NCBI GenBank assembly: GCA_031291875.1
Contig: JARLIE010000040.1
Location: 132,088-196,087 of the forward strand
Length of the DNA stretch: 64,000 nt
Direction: 5' to 3'
Origin: Minisyncoccota bacterium
GTDB taxonomy: Bacteria; Patescibacteriota; Minisyncoccia; Phycocordibacterales; UBA2100
The notes beneath the pieces are model-generated. The model ran no database searches. It was given only the letters and a program-made list of their open reading frames with translations, and was not told the origin of the DNA. Numbering within the stretch: position 1 is the stretch's first letter; every line of letters begins with the position of its first letter. Shown piece after piece: positions 51,765-62,600 of this stretch. A program made the position numbers and the translations under genes.

Positions 51765-53345
51765 ATGAAACGGGGTCATGTTGCGCACTATTCAATCGCG
51801 GCCTGCTTACTGCTCTCGCCGGGTTTTGCGTCGGCGCAAGTCGTCATCAATGAGGTCATGTACAACCCGCAGGGGAGCGACGCGGGCCGGGAATGGATCG
51901 AGTTGTACAACCAGGGCGCCGCGGACGTCACGATGCTCGGCGGCAGCGGCAAGGGTTCGTGGCGCATCAATGACGGATCAAATCACACGTTTACGGATCC
52001 GGGGGGCGGCACCGGACGCGGTTCTCTTACAATTCCCGCTGGAGGATATCTCATGATCGCGAGCGATCCGAATGAATTTATCTCCGGCGAATATGCGGGA
52101 GGATCGTATTCCGTCGTGAAGTCATCTCTGAGCCTCAGTAATAACGGAGCAGGTATCACACTCCTCGACGGCTCGGGAGCGACGCTAGATACTGTCGCAT
52201 ATTCGCCGACGCAGGGAGGCACTGACGACGGTTCAAGTTTGCAACGACAAACGGATGGCTCATGGATCGCGGCGGCGCCGACGCCGGGAACGACAAATTC
52301 CTCTACGCGATTCGTCGCTCCTATCAGGGCAGATCCCGCCGCAGCTTCGCAGACGCAATCGAGCTCGACCGACTCAAGTGCAGCGATCACGCAGCCTGCG
52401 ATATCATCCTATGTTCCACCGCCCGCGCCGAGCTTGTATGCGGATGCCGGAGGCGACAAAACGGTCATCGTCGGCGCCGATGTCGAGTTCGACGCTAGCG
52501 CGTACGATAAATCTCAGACGTTGCTCGATTCGAGTGTGGTGCGCTATATGTGGAACTTTGGTGACGGTGCTACCGCAGAAGGAGAAGCGGTTCTCCATCA
52601 TTTCGAGTATCCGGGAACCTACGCGGTCACGCTTGAGATCGCGAACAACAAAAATGCGGCGGGAGCACAAATTACCGTAACGGCTAATCCGGCCGCACTT
52701 TCGTTCTCGCTGCTGCAGGATGGCGGCGTACAAATTCAAAATCTCGACGGGCGCGATATCGATCTTTCTCAATGGATCGTGCACGAAAGCGATTCGCCGT
52801 ATGCCGCGCAGTTGATCATCCCGCAAAGTTCCAAAATACTTTCCGGCTCGTCGATGCAAATTTCCCCGCAGACGCTCGGTTTCCGCGCTTCCTCCTCCAC
52901 GATGCTCGAATATCCCAACGGCTTATTCGCGCTCGCCATGGGAACTTCATCAATAGCTTCTGCGGAAATTAGCAGCGAGCAGGTATCTCAAGTGCAAAAG
53001 AGTATTGTGCCGATACCTTCTGTTAGTGCCAAGTCAAAAGCGACCCACAGCCGCGAAAAATCACCAAAATCAGCCGTTTCGATTCCGAGTGTCACGCAAG
53101 AATCGGCTGAGGATTCAGGAAATACAGACGAGCAGATCGCGACGGCGTCTGATCCAGTCATCGACGCCGTTCAAACGGATGCAACCGAGACTGTTTTGCA
53201 AACGGCTTCGGCTGCCTCCGCAAACTCAAGCTATCTTTGGTGGACCGGCATCATCGCGATCGCGCTCGCTGCTGGCGCTGCGCTTGCGGCAGCCGGTTAC
53301 TACAAAAAGGGCGAATGGGATATCGTTGAAGATACGTCGGAATAA
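51765..53345 (+). CDS. Surface protein with lamin-tail and PKD domains and C-terminal TM anchor
   Basis: VVINEVMYNP..EWIELYN..PTPG, YMWNFGDG..YPGTYAVTL. Confidence 0.88.
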   Translation: MKRGHVAHYSIAACLLLSPGFASAQVVINEVMYNPQGSDAGREWIELYNQGAADVTMLGGSGKGSWRINDGSNHTFTDPGGGTGRGSLTIPAGGYLMIASDPNEFISGEYAGGSYSVVKSSLSLSNNGAGITLLDGSGATLDTVAYSPTQGGTDDGSSLQRQTDGSWIAAAPTPGTTNSSTRFVAPIRADPAAASQTQSSSTDSSAAITQPAISSYVPPPAPSLYADAGGDKTVIVGADVEFDASAYDKSQTLLDSSVVRYMWNFGDGATAEGEAVLHHFEYPGTYAVTLEIANNKNAAGAQITVTANPAALSFSLLQDGGVQIQNLDGRDIDLSQWIVHESDSPYAAQLIIPQSSKILSGSSMQISPQTLGFRASSSTMLEYPNGLFALAMGTSSIASAEISSEQVSQVQKSIVPIPSVSAKSKATHSREKSPKSAVSIPSVTQESAEDSGNTDEQIATASDPVIDAVQTDATETVLQTASAASANSSYLWWTGIIAIALAAGAALAAAGYYKKGEWDIVEDTSE

Positions 53346-53360
53346 GTGTATCGTTCCTGC

Positions 53361-54230
53361 ATGGCCGAAAAAGAGACCGTTATCGTTACCGGCGGCGCCG
53401 GCATGATCGGTTCGCGCTTGATTGAATTGCTCCTACCTACGTACCGTGTGGTTGCGCTTGATAATTATTTTATCGGTAAGAAGGAAAATCATATTCCCGG
53501 CGTCGAATACATCGAGGGCCATACGAAGGATATAGAAGCGCTGCTCGGCAAAGAAATGCCGAAGATCATTTTTCACCTCGGCGAGTATTCGCGCGTTGAG
53601 CAGAGTTTTAAAGATCTTGAGTTGGTCTGGCAGTCGAATGTGCTGGGTACGCACTATGTTCTCGAGTATTGGCGTAAGCGCGGCTGTAAACTCGTTTATG
53701 CTGGTTCGTCGACAAAATTCGCCGACGGCGGCATGGGCCGCGATCAGTCTCCCTACGCATGGATGAAAGCCTCCAATACCGAGCTGGTAAAAAACTACGG
53801 TGCTTGGTTCGATTTGCCGTTCGCGATCACATACTTTTATAACGCCTACGGTCCGCACGAATTATCAGAAGGGCCGTATGCGTCGGTTATGGGCCGTTTC
53901 AAAACGCAGTACTGGGCGGGCGAGCCGATCACCGTCGTCGCTCCCGGAACCCAAAAGAGAAATTTCACGCACGTCGACGATCTCGCACGCGGCCTTTTGA
54001 TGGTGGGAGAAAAGGGGCAAGGGGACGAGTACGGTCTTGGTAGTCATGAATCGTACTCGGTCCTCGAGGTTGCACAGATGTTCGGCAGCGAGATTGTGAT
54101 GCTTCCGGAGCGTCCGGGCAATCGTATGGAATCGGTTGTCGACACTTCGCGCGCGGAGCGTGAGTTCGGCTGGAAAGCCGAGCATACCGTTGGTGAATAT
54201 ATCGAAGGATTAAAGAAACAACAGAAATAG
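53361..54230 (+). CDS. NAD-dependent epimerase/dehydratase
   Basis: VTGGAGMIGS, PYAWMK, FYNAYGP, RNFTHVDD. Confidence 0.92.
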   Translation: MAEKETVIVTGGAGMIGSRLIELLLPTYRVVALDNYFIGKKENHIPGVEYIEGHTKDIEALLGKEMPKIIFHLGEYSRVEQSFKDLELVWQSNVLGTHYVLEYWRKRGCKLVYAGSSTKFADGGMGRDQSPYAWMKASNTELVKNYGAWFDLPFAITYFYNAYGPHELSEGPYASVMGRFKTQYWAGEPITVVAPGTQKRNFTHVDDLARGLLMVGEKGQGDEYGLGSHESYSVLEVAQMFGSEIVMLPERPGNRMESVVDTSRAEREFGWKAEHTVGEYIEGLKKQQK

Positions 54231-54287
54231 ACACATATTTATTTTTGTGCTATAGTTTTTTCAGCACAACTACCACAGGAGAGCTAC

Positions 54288-54941
54288 GTGCAGCGCATTG
54301 TTCATGTTAGCGGCTATTCGCTCGCCGAATATCCGGAACTCACAGGGGTTTCGTACAAAGACGGAACTCCAGGCAACGGCAGATTCCATGATTGGGACTA
54401 TGTGTGTTGGGGCGAACCGGCGCGAGGCGCGATGGGACGCATTCCAATGGCGATTTGGTACGCTCGCTGCATTGCGCGGGCCGATCAGATTATCTGGTCG
54501 ACGGGCTGTACCAAAACCGCGAGCGGGAAGTGGGAATCGGAATACATGTTCGAGCTTGCCCACGACTCGTTCGACCGGCTCATGCAAGATTTCGGCGGGA
54601 ACTTCGAGGTTTTCAGAAAGCAGTTTGGAAACGAGAAGACATATCGCCGATGGCTCGAATCGAGATCGACGTTCGATCATCAGAGCGAGACAACGGCATC
54701 TTCCATGGTCTGGCTCCGGAAACACTGCGAGACCTATTTCGCCGGGGACCGTATGATCGTCAGTTTGATCTCATCGGCCAACCACGCACCCCGCGTGCTG
54801 CGCGACGCGCTCACTTCGTTCTCGAGCCGTTCAATGAGCGACTACAATCGGACGCGAATCGTGCTCTCAGCCGTTCCTGCGGAGACCTCATATGGAGAAC
54901 GGGGACCCGAAGATACGAAAGTTTTTGATCTTGGAACCTGA
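54288..54941 (+). CDS. Orphan protein with YdcF/DUF218-like motif (SD-led cassette inside the glycan cluster)
   Basis: SETTASS..LISSANHAPR, TAGACA-N17-TATAGT promoter, AGGAG 6 nt before GTG, hairpin at 54947-54975. Confidence 0.72.
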   Translation: MQRIVHVSGYSLAEYPELTGVSYKDGTPGNGRFHDWDYVCWGEPARGAMGRIPMAIWYARCIARADQIIWSTGCTKTASGKWESEYMFELAHDSFDRLMQDFGGNFEVFRKQFGNEKTYRRWLESRSTFDHQSETTASSMVWLRKHCETYFAGDRMIVSLISSANHAPRVLRDALTSFSSRSMSDYNRTRIVLSAVPAETSYGERGPEDTKVFDLGT

Positions 54942-55002
54942 CAATGAGGCGCGCGAGCAAACAGCTCGCGCGCCTGAATTCTTTTGTATATCATTCAGGG
55001 TA

Positions 55003-56199
55003 ATGAAACGGGTCCTTATTTTTGCACTCACGTACCACCCCTTTATCGGCGGGGCGGAGATCGCCATCAAAGAAATTACCGATCGGATCGATTCCGCCGA
55101 GTATTCGTTCGACATGATCACGTTGCGCCTTGATTCGAATTTGCCGAAGATCGAGAAATTCGGCAACGTCACGGTGAATCGCATCGGGTTTTCGTCGCCG
55201 GGCGCGAAGTTTTCCGATCGTTCGATGCCGCTGCGCTGCAAGGTCGCCAAGATCTTATTTCCGCTCACTTCATTTTTGAAAGCGCGGTCATTGCACCGTC
55301 AGCATCGCTACGATCTTGTGTGGGCGATGATGGCCAATCAAGCCGGCTTTGGCGCGCTTTTCTTTAAGCAAATGCACCCGGGCATACCTTATTTCCTTGA
55401 GCTGCAAGACGGCCGCGCGTTTGAGGAAATGAAAACGCGCCGCCCGATACTCCGAGCGATGTGGCGCGCCTACCGCGCAATCTACCTGCGAGCAGATCGT
55501 ATTAAGACGATTTCAAACTACATCGCCAGTGAGGTGCGCGCGATAGGGTACCAGGGCGAGGTCGAGGTCATCCCGAATGCCGTCGACATCGAAAAATTCA
55601 CGGCACTCGTTCCTGAGGCCAAACTGCATGCGCTTGCGACAAAATTCGCCAAGAAGGAAGGTGATGTGTTTCTTTTCACCGCATCGCGGCTCGTGCTTTC
55701 GCGCGGCGTCGAAGACGTGATCCAGTCGCTCGAATTTTTGCCTGCCAACGTAAAACTCTTGATCGCGGGGGACGGAGAAGATCGGGAGAAGCTCGAACAC
55801 CTCGCGCGCGGATTGAACGTGACCGAACGGGTGATTTTTGCGGGGCACGTCGGTCATGACGAACTTCCGGCGCTGTTGAAGATTTCCGATATTTTCGTTC
55901 GCCCATCCCTCATCGAAGGGCTCGGCAACTCGTTTCTCGAAGCGATGGCCGCCGGCATTCCGATTATCGGCACGAGGGTCGGCGGGATTCCCGATTTCCT
56001 AACGGAAGGCGAAACCGGGCTATTTTGCGAGGTCCAAGATCCGCAGTCGATTGCCCGCGCGGCACAGCGCTATATGGATGATTCGGCACTTGTTTCGCGA
56101 GTTGTACTGCAGGCGAAAGAACTCGTCATACAACGATACGATTGGAACAAGATCGCGGCCGACATGAAGCGTCGCATATTCGAGCGGCTCGCGAAGTAA
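55003..56199 (+). CDS. Glycosyltransferase family 4
   Basis: PFIGGAE, FVRPSLIEGLGNSFLEAMA. Confidence 0.92.
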   Translation: MKRVLIFALTYHPFIGGAEIAIKEITDRIDSAEYSFDMITLRLDSNLPKIEKFGNVTVNRIGFSSPGAKFSDRSMPLRCKVAKILFPLTSFLKARSLHRQHRYDLVWAMMANQAGFGALFFKQMHPGIPYFLELQDGRAFEEMKTRRPILRAMWRAYRAIYLRADRIKTISNYIASEVRAIGYQGEVEVIPNAVDIEKFTALVPEAKLHALATKFAKKEGDVFLFTASRLVLSRGVEDVIQSLEFLPANVKLLIAGDGEDREKLEHLARGLNVTERVIFAGHVGHDELPALLKISDIFVRPSLIEGLGNSFLEAMAAGIPIIGTRVGGIPDFLTEGETGLFCEVQDPQSIARAAQRYMDDSALVSRVVLQAKELVIQRYDWNKIAADMKRRIFERLAK

Positions 56200-56290
56200 T
56201 CCAAAAATCACACTTGCTACTTTCCTGCCGCGGGTGTTTGCTTACCAGTAGGTGGTGCCATTTTGGCTCCACATAAGGAAGGAGTATGTA

Positions 56291-56485
56291 ATGAGCAACG
56301 CGTGCCAGTCGTCGAAGGACGATTTCGAAAAGGGAATGCAGGCATTCCTCACGCTCAGCGACCCGGGATACTGGTTCAGGCAGTATCTCGAACTGATCAC
56401 CGACATGGCGCACGAGTACGCGAAGGAAGGCATGAAGCTGGCCTCCACGCAGGCGGTGCGCGTCGGAATGGCAGACATGCCGTGA
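56291..56485 (+). CDS. Small orphan protein (64 aa, SD-led)
   Basis: AAGGAG 6 nt before ATG, hairpin at 56503-56536. Confidence 0.55.
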   Translation: MSNACQSSKDDFEKGMQAFLTLSDPGYWFRQYLELITDMAHEYAKEGMKLASTQAVRVGMADMP

Positions 56486-56557
56486 ATCCGATTTTGATGA
56501 ACATGATGGGGACGCGACTCGCTCGCGCCCCCTCATTCTTTGCTATAGAGTACTTCA

Positions 56558-58780
56558 ATGCGCATCGTGATTGCGAGCGGCATTTATCCGCCGGATATAG
56601 GCGGCCCGGCCACCTACACGCTCGAATTGGCAACGCGTCTCGCCGAGCGCGGTTCGAGTATTGAGGTAGTAACGTATTCGAAAAAGCAGTGCGAGCAAGC
56701 AGACGCTACCTTGCCGTTTTCGATCACGCGGATCGTGCGACGCGGCAAGCTGATCAATCGAATTCATTTCTTTCGCGCCGCGTACCGAGCCTTGGAAGGA
56801 GCGGATATCGTCTATACCCTCGATTGGTTCGCAGCAGGATTGCCTGTCGCGCTTGCGGCGAAACTGCGCGGGGCGCCGTATATCGTGCGAGTCGGCGGAG
56901 ATTATCTTTGGGAACAAAAGTATCTCGAATCCGGAGCGCAGCCGGTGCCGTTGAAAGTTTTTTACGAACGAGGGTTGTATCGGCGTCTTTCGTACTATCC
57001 CGCTTTCGCGATCATTCGCTACGTCCTCTCGGGAGCTTCGATCGTCATTTTTAATTCCGATGCGCAGCGCGAGCTCTATACGAGGTACTACCGCTTGCCG
57101 CAGACTCACTGCTTGACGATCGGAAATCCCGTCCCGAGCGTCCCGGAAATTAAACGCGATACGGTTTCGAAAGAATTCGTTTTTTGGGGCCGTCTTATCG
57201 TAATGAAAAATATCGATTCGCTGTTGCGGGCGTTCGCGAAGGCGCGCTTGCCGAGCGAATACACACTCGCGATTATCGGCGACGGGCCGCGCAAGGAAGA
57301 GCTTATGACACTTGCGAAGGCGCTTGGTAGTGCAAGTCGTGTGCGATTTCAAGAGTCATTGTCGCTGCGCGAGGTGCTCGAGCGCGTGAAAAATGCGCGG
57401 GCGTTCGTGCTGCCGAGTTGGACGGACATCGCACCGAATCAGGTGTACGAAGCGCTTGCGATCGGATTGCCGACGCTTGTCACGAAAGAAAATTATCTGG
57501 CAATCCGCGACCTTTTTCCGATGACGATTGATCCTTCGTCGGTCGACGATATTGCGTCCAAGCTCGAAGCGCTTGCGGACGATACGGCGTATGCAGAATT
57601 TTCGTCGCGCTTCACAAACATCCATATTGATCGAGATTGGGAAACGGTGGTAAACGAGCATGTCGCGTTGTTTGAGCAAACACTCGACTCGGGAGAATTT
57701 CGGGTATTGCAGATCGGGGCCGACCGATCAAAGCGGGGGATTTTGTACCCCGGCTCGCCGGCATTTGAGCGGCAGCAGGCGTATGCGCGAGCGTTTGGAA
57801 AGCTCGATATACTCGGCTTCTCGAAAATTTCGGACGGTGCGAAACCGTACGCGGATACTCATTTGAGCATTACACCGACCAATTCGACTTCGAGCTTACG
57901 GTACGGATACGACGCGCTTCGTATCGCAAAAAAGATGCCACGGCCGTCGGTCGTCTCAGCGCAGGATCCGTTCGAAACAGGGCTCGTCGCTTGGCTTATC
58001 GCACGTCGCCTCCGAGCGCCCCTGCATGTACAGGTCCACACCGATTTTCTCGCACCGGCATACACGCAGCATTCGCTGGTGAATCGGATTCGCGTGCATA
58101 TCGCGTGGTTCGTGCTCAAACGAGCAAAGCGAATTCGCGTGGTTTCCGCTGGAGTAAAACAAGTCTTGTCCCGAGCGTTGCCGAATACCGCAGTCACTGT
58201 GTTGCCGATCTTTGCCGATCTGGAAAAAATCCGAGCTGCAAAAATCGCCCCGGAACTTGCCGCAAGGTTTGAGCACTTCGCCTACAAACTGCTTGTTGTT
58301 GCTCGTCTCGAACCAGAAAAAAACGTCGAGCTCGCGATCCGCGCATTCGCGGCATCAGCGCCGAAAGACACCTGTTTGATCGTCGTAGGCGAGGGAAGCG
58401 AGCGCGAGCGTCTTGCACAACTCAGTCATCAACTCGGGGTGGCCGAACGGGTATTTTTTGAGGGAGAAAAATCGAGCGTCGAATACTACCCGCTCGCCGA
58501 TCTCGTACTAGTCACCTCCGACTACGAAGGATACGGGCTCGTGATCGTCGAGGCACTCGCTGCCGGCAAACCGGTATTTTCGACCGACGTTGGCGTCGCG
58601 CGCGAAGCAGGGGCGATCGTTTCGAGCGAGAAAGATTTCCCAAAAAATCTCGGGAATTGGTTCCAAGAAGGTTCACGTACCGGCGAGCTCAAAGACTACC
58701 CCTACACAGATTTTAGCGAGTATGCGCGCGCCTATAGCAGCGATATCCGCGCATGTACAAGCCCTAAATTATCCTTATAA
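56558..58780 (+). CDS. Tandem double GT4 glycosyltransferase
   Basis: PPDIGGPA..FVLPSWTDIAPNQVYEA and a second module LVTSDYEGYGLVIVEA. Confidence 0.9.
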   Translation: MRIVIASGIYPPDIGGPATYTLELATRLAERGSSIEVVTYSKKQCEQADATLPFSITRIVRRGKLINRIHFFRAAYRALEGADIVYTLDWFAAGLPVALAAKLRGAPYIVRVGGDYLWEQKYLESGAQPVPLKVFYERGLYRRLSYYPAFAIIRYVLSGASIVIFNSDAQRELYTRYYRLPQTHCLTIGNPVPSVPEIKRDTVSKEFVFWGRLIVMKNIDSLLRAFAKARLPSEYTLAIIGDGPRKEELMTLAKALGSASRVRFQESLSLREVLERVKNARAFVLPSWTDIAPNQVYEALAIGLPTLVTKENYLAIRDLFPMTIDPSSVDDIASKLEALADDTAYAEFSSRFTNIHIDRDWETVVNEHVALFEQTLDSGEFRVLQIGADRSKRGILYPGSPAFERQQAYARAFGKLDILGFSKISDGAKPYADTHLSITPTNSTSSLRYGYDALRIAKKMPRPSVVSAQDPFETGLVAWLIARRLRAPLHVQVHTDFLAPAYTQHSLVNRIRVHIAWFVLKRAKRIRVVSAGVKQVLSRALPNTAVTVLPIFADLEKIRAAKIAPELAARFEHFAYKLLVVARLEPEKNVELAIRAFAASAPKDTCLIVVGEGSERERLAQLSHQLGVAERVFFEGEKSSVEYYPLADLVLVTSDYEGYGLVIVEALAAGKPVFSTDVGVAREAGAIVSSEKDFPKNLGNWFQEGSRTGELKDYPYTDFSEYARAYSSDIRACTSPKLSL

Positions 58781-58790
58781 TGCGGCGATT

Positions 58791-59684
58791 ATGGCATCGA
58801 AAAAACCTCTTATCGGATTTATCGGCCAGGGTTGGATCGGTAGAGCATATGCCGATAACTACGAGGAACGCGGCTACGAAGTGATCCGCTATTCTCTCGA
58901 GAAACCGTGGGTCAAAAACAAAGACAAGATCAAGGAGTGCGACATTGTCTTTATCGCCGTGTGGACTCCGACAACCCCGAATGGATTCGATATCTCCGTC
59001 GTCGAAAGTGTACTGCCGCTTATCGGCAAGGGGAAGATCGCAGTACTCAAATCAACCATCGTCCCAGGCACCACGCAAATGCTGCAAAAGAAATTCCCTG
59101 ATGTCGTGTTGCTCTATGGGCCGGAGTTTCTTTCCGTCTCGACGCACATCCACGATGCGGCGCACCCGTTCGTGAACCTCGTCGGTATGTCGGTTGAAGA
59201 TTCTAAGCACTACTTGGCAGCCGAGAAGGTAATGAAGACTTTGCCGAAGGCGCCGTACTCCACGATTTGCAAAAGCGTCGAAGCGGAGATCTTCAAATAC
59301 ACACACAACGCGAGCGGGTACACGCAGGTCATTCTTTTCAACCTTATGTACGATCTCGCGCAAAAACTCGGCGCGAATTGGGATGTCGTCAACGCTGCGG
59401 TTAAACACGACCCGCTGATCTCGAATCGATACAGCAATCCCTTGCACAAAAGCGGACGCGGCGCGGGCGGTGGCTGCTTCATCAAGGACATGTCGGCGCT
59501 TCGTCGGCACTACAAGAAGCATGTTCCGGAGGACAAATTTGGCCTCAAGGTGTTTGAGGCGATGGAGGCGAAAAATATCGACCTCCTCGTTTCGACCAAT
59601 AAAGACCTCGACCTGCTTGAAGGCGTCTATGGCGCTGAAGTAGTGAAGAAAGCTCAGAAAGCAACAAAGGCAAAAAAGCGCTAA
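58791..59684 (+). CDS. UDP-glucose/GDP-mannose dehydrogenase family, short form
   Basis: GFIGQGWIG, PTP, LKSTIVPGTT, PEFL, GGGCFIKD. Ends before the usual C-terminal domain. Confidence 0.88.
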   Translation: MASKKPLIGFIGQGWIGRAYADNYEERGYEVIRYSLEKPWVKNKDKIKECDIVFIAVWTPTTPNGFDISVVESVLPLIGKGKIAVLKSTIVPGTTQMLQKKFPDVVLLYGPEFLSVSTHIHDAAHPFVNLVGMSVEDSKHYLAAEKVMKTLPKAPYSTICKSVEAEIFKYTHNASGYTQVILFNLMYDLAQKLGANWDVVNAAVKHDPLISNRYSNPLHKSGRGAGGGCFIKDMSALRRHYKKHVPEDKFGLKVFEAMEAKNIDLLVSTNKDLDLLEGVYGAEVVKKAQKATKAKKR

Positions 59685-59694
59685 ACTAGGAGCT

Positions 59695-60729
59695 ATGCGG
59701 CTCCTTATCTGTACGCAGTCGGTCGATCTCGACGATCCAGTGCTCGGATTCATGCACCGTTGGATCGTAGAGCTCGCAAAGCGAACGGAAACGATACATG
59801 TTGTTTGTTTGAAAGAGGGCAGGCACGAGTTGCCAAAGAACGTCTTCGTGCACTCGCTCGGCAAAGAAGCCGGGCGCTCCCGCATCAAATACATCCTGAA
59901 TTTTTATCGATATATTTTTGCTTTGCGTCGCGAGTACGATTCCGTATTCGTGCACATGAACTCCGAATACGTCGTGCTTGGCGGAATACTTTGGCGTCTT
60001 TGGGGCAAAAAGATAGTACTCTGGCGCAATCACAAAATGCCGGGGCTTCTTGTCTCGATCGGCGTGCGTCTCGCAAACGTGGTTTGCTACACCTCTCCGG
60101 AGGCATTTGTTTCCAAATTTCCGAAAGCAATAAAAATGCCTCTCGGTATCGATACCGAATTTTTCTCTCCCGGCGCCGAACCACCAAAGCCTCGCTCGAT
60201 CCTTTTCCTCGGCCGGCTCGATCCCGTAAAGCGCGTGGACGTGTTCGTACGAGCACTGAATACCTTGCATGAGCAAGGTGTTGCATTCGTTGCGGATATC
60301 GTGGGCGCTCCTACGGAGGAAAGATCGAAATACGCACACGACGTGCGTAACGACGCGGCAGCGCTCGCGCTCGAGGGCACGATCAACATGCATCCCGCCG
60401 TCCCGAATGACGCGGCGAGAGATTTATTCCGTTCACACGCAATCTACGTGAACCTCACCCCCTCGGGTTCGTTTGATAAAACAATTGGCGAGGCAATGGC
60501 TTGCGGTGCAGTGGTCGTCGCACAGAACGAAGTGATAAAAACTATTGTCCCGAATGATCTGTTCGTACATTCCGATTCAATCGATGGTGTCCTGCAAGCG
60601 CTGCGTTTCGCGCTCGAGCTGGGAGAGAACGAGCGCCGCGAACTCGCACAGAAAGAACGCGCCTATATCGCTTCCGAGCATTCACTTACGCACTTGGTCG
60701 ATCGACTCCAGGCCTCACTACAACCATGA
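59695..60729 (+). CDS. Glycosyltransferase family 4
   Basis: FLGRLDPVK, GSFDKTIGEAMACG. Confidence 0.9.
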   Translation: MRLLICTQSVDLDDPVLGFMHRWIVELAKRTETIHVVCLKEGRHELPKNVFVHSLGKEAGRSRIKYILNFYRYIFALRREYDSVFVHMNSEYVVLGGILWRLWGKKIVLWRNHKMPGLLVSIGVRLANVVCYTSPEAFVSKFPKAIKMPLGIDTEFFSPGAEPPKPRSILFLGRLDPVKRVDVFVRALNTLHEQGVAFVADIVGAPTEERSKYAHDVRNDAAALALEGTINMHPAVPNDAARDLFRSHAIYVNLTPSGSFDKTIGEAMACGAVVVAQNEVIKTIVPNDLFVHSDSIDGVLQALRFALELGENERRELAQKERAYIASEHSLTHLVDRLQASLQP

Positions 60730-61793
60730 GAGTCGCCATTTGCATCAATAAGTTGGTTTCCGCAGGGGCGGAACGATTGGTTGTCGATCAGATCCGTGAA
60801 TTCACCCGTCGTGGTATTGCAGTTGATTTGATCACGCTCGCGCCCGAACGCGAGGGAGACTCTTTCATGTCGCTCGTGGATTTGCCGACACACGCGAAGC
60901 ACCTCATTGTATTTCGGTCGTTGCTTGATCTAAGCTCGTGGCTGACCCTGATCAAATTTTTACGCCGCACAAAACCCGATGTACTTTTCACACATTTATG
61001 GCTCGCAAACACAATTGGGCGCATTGCCGGAATTGTTGCCGATGTTCGAACGATTTCATTCGAGCATAATGTATACGATGGCGTCAAAACAAAAAAACAG
61101 TTTTTGATCGACTGGATTTTACAGATTTGCTCATACAAGATTGTGGCGGTATCGAATGCGGTTGAAGAATCGCTTGTGACACATGGAATAGCGCGATCCC
61201 ATATCGTCGTCGTGGAGAACGGTATTGACCTATCGAGGTATCGATCCGTGGATCCATCTCCAATTCCGAAGGTTGCCTTTACTTATTTGTTTGTCGGCCG
61301 ACTACTCGTGCAAAAGGGCGTTGATGTTTTACTCAATGCGCTGGCCCACACAACCGACGGCCAGCTATGGGTTGTAGGCTCTGGCGTCGAACGCACCGCC
61401 CTGGAAGAACAGGCACGATCGCTTGGAATTGTTTCTCGAGTCAAATTTCTCGGTATTCGCAAGGATGTCGCTTCACTGCTGAAATCGGCTGATTGTTTCG
61501 TGCTTCCATCACGCCATGAGGGTTTGCCTATGGTACTCATCGAAGCGATGGCGAGCGGTTGTCCCTGCGTGGTTTCCGATTTCGCGTCAGCGCGCGAAGT
61601 TATTCGAGATGGCCTTTCCGGTCTCATCGTTCCTATCGAAAACGTAGATGCACTTGCTACCGCCATGGATCGCATCGCGACAGATCGTGCTCTCGCACTT
61701 CGTTTGGGCACGACGGCAATGCAAGATGTCGAGCGCTTCTCTATCGAGAAGCACGTTGCTACACTACTGAGTGTACTTCCAAATAGATCATGA
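60726..61793 (+). CDS. Glycosyltransferase family 4
   Basis: AGAER, FVLPSRHEGLPMVLIEAMASG. Confidence 0.92.
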   Translation: MRVAICINKLVSAGAERLVVDQIREFTRRGIAVDLITLAPEREGDSFMSLVDLPTHAKHLIVFRSLLDLSSWLTLIKFLRRTKPDVLFTHLWLANTIGRIAGIVADVRTISFEHNVYDGVKTKKQFLIDWILQICSYKIVAVSNAVEESLVTHGIARSHIVVVENGIDLSRYRSVDPSPIPKVAFTYLFVGRLLVQKGVDVLLNALAHTTDGQLWVVGSGVERTALEEQARSLGIVSRVKFLGIRKDVASLLKSADCFVLPSRHEGLPMVLIEAMASGCPCVVSDFASAREVIRDGLSGLIVPIENVDALATAMDRIATDRALALRLGTTAMQDVERFSIEKHVATLLSVLPNRS

Positions 61794-62599
61794 AGAAGAT
61801 CCTCTACATACTCGCGCTCAGTCACACAGGTTCTACTGTGCTAAGTCTTGAACTTGCTAAAAGCTTCGGCGGCCTCGCGATCGGCGAAAGTTATCATGTG
61901 TTTCGTCACAGCGCGAACAATGCTGAGGGGGTTTCGAATGTATGCTCGTGCGAAATGCCGCTTTCCGAATGTCCATTTTGGAGTGACGTTGCGTCGGCTC
62001 CAGTGAGTGATTCGGAACCTGCATGGCTTTCATCGTACGAAAAGATACTCGAACATCCACTCTCGAAAGCAGCACCGTTTCTCGTAGATTCCTCAAAGAA
62101 AACACAACTATTGCCAGTGTTACGAGAACTCAAAAAGCGGGGCGAGGCAGATCCATTTGTGATCTTTTTGGTCCGTGATGTTCGAGGGTGGGTGCTCTCG
62201 GACCGCGCAGCTTGGCAACGTAAAGACGGTGTAACTGGCGCACGCAATAAACGTTTTACGCTTGCGCGACATTTTTATTCCTGGATTCGCGGCAATTCAT
62301 ATTTTGAAAGGGAATTGCGATCCTCGGGATTGCCGTTTGTCACGGTCGGGTATGAACAATTCTGCTTCGATAGGGAAGGCGTTTTGCAAACGATCGCCTC
62401 CAGAGCCGGTCTCTCTCAAAACGAGATCCAAGGGATACATCATGTCGCGTACAGTAATCGTATGAAAATGGATGGCGCAAAGGTCATCTACGACTCCCGC
62501 TGGATGCGTTCTTGGAAGGTCAATGTACTCTTTTCGCTCATGCCGTGGATTTGGAAAAAAAATGCAATGTGGGTTTTTGGTGACGAGGCGCGTCCTTGA
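61790..62599 (+). CDS. Sulfotransferase family protein
   Basis: SHTGSTVL (5'-PSB), VDSSK, LVRDVRGWVLS (3'-PB), YEQFC. Confidence 0.8.
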   Translation: MKKILYILALSHTGSTVLSLELAKSFGGLAIGESYHVFRHSANNAEGVSNVCSCEMPLSECPFWSDVASAPVSDSEPAWLSSYEKILEHPLSKAAPFLVDSSKKTQLLPVLRELKKRGEADPFVIFLVRDVRGWVLSDRAAWQRKDGVTGARNKRFTLARHFYSWIRGNSYFERELRSSGLPFVTVGYEQFCFDREGVLQTIASRAGLSQNEIQGIHHVAYSNRMKMDGAKVIYDSRWMRSWKVNVLFSLMPWIWKKNAMWVFGDEARP

Positions 62600-62600
62600 T

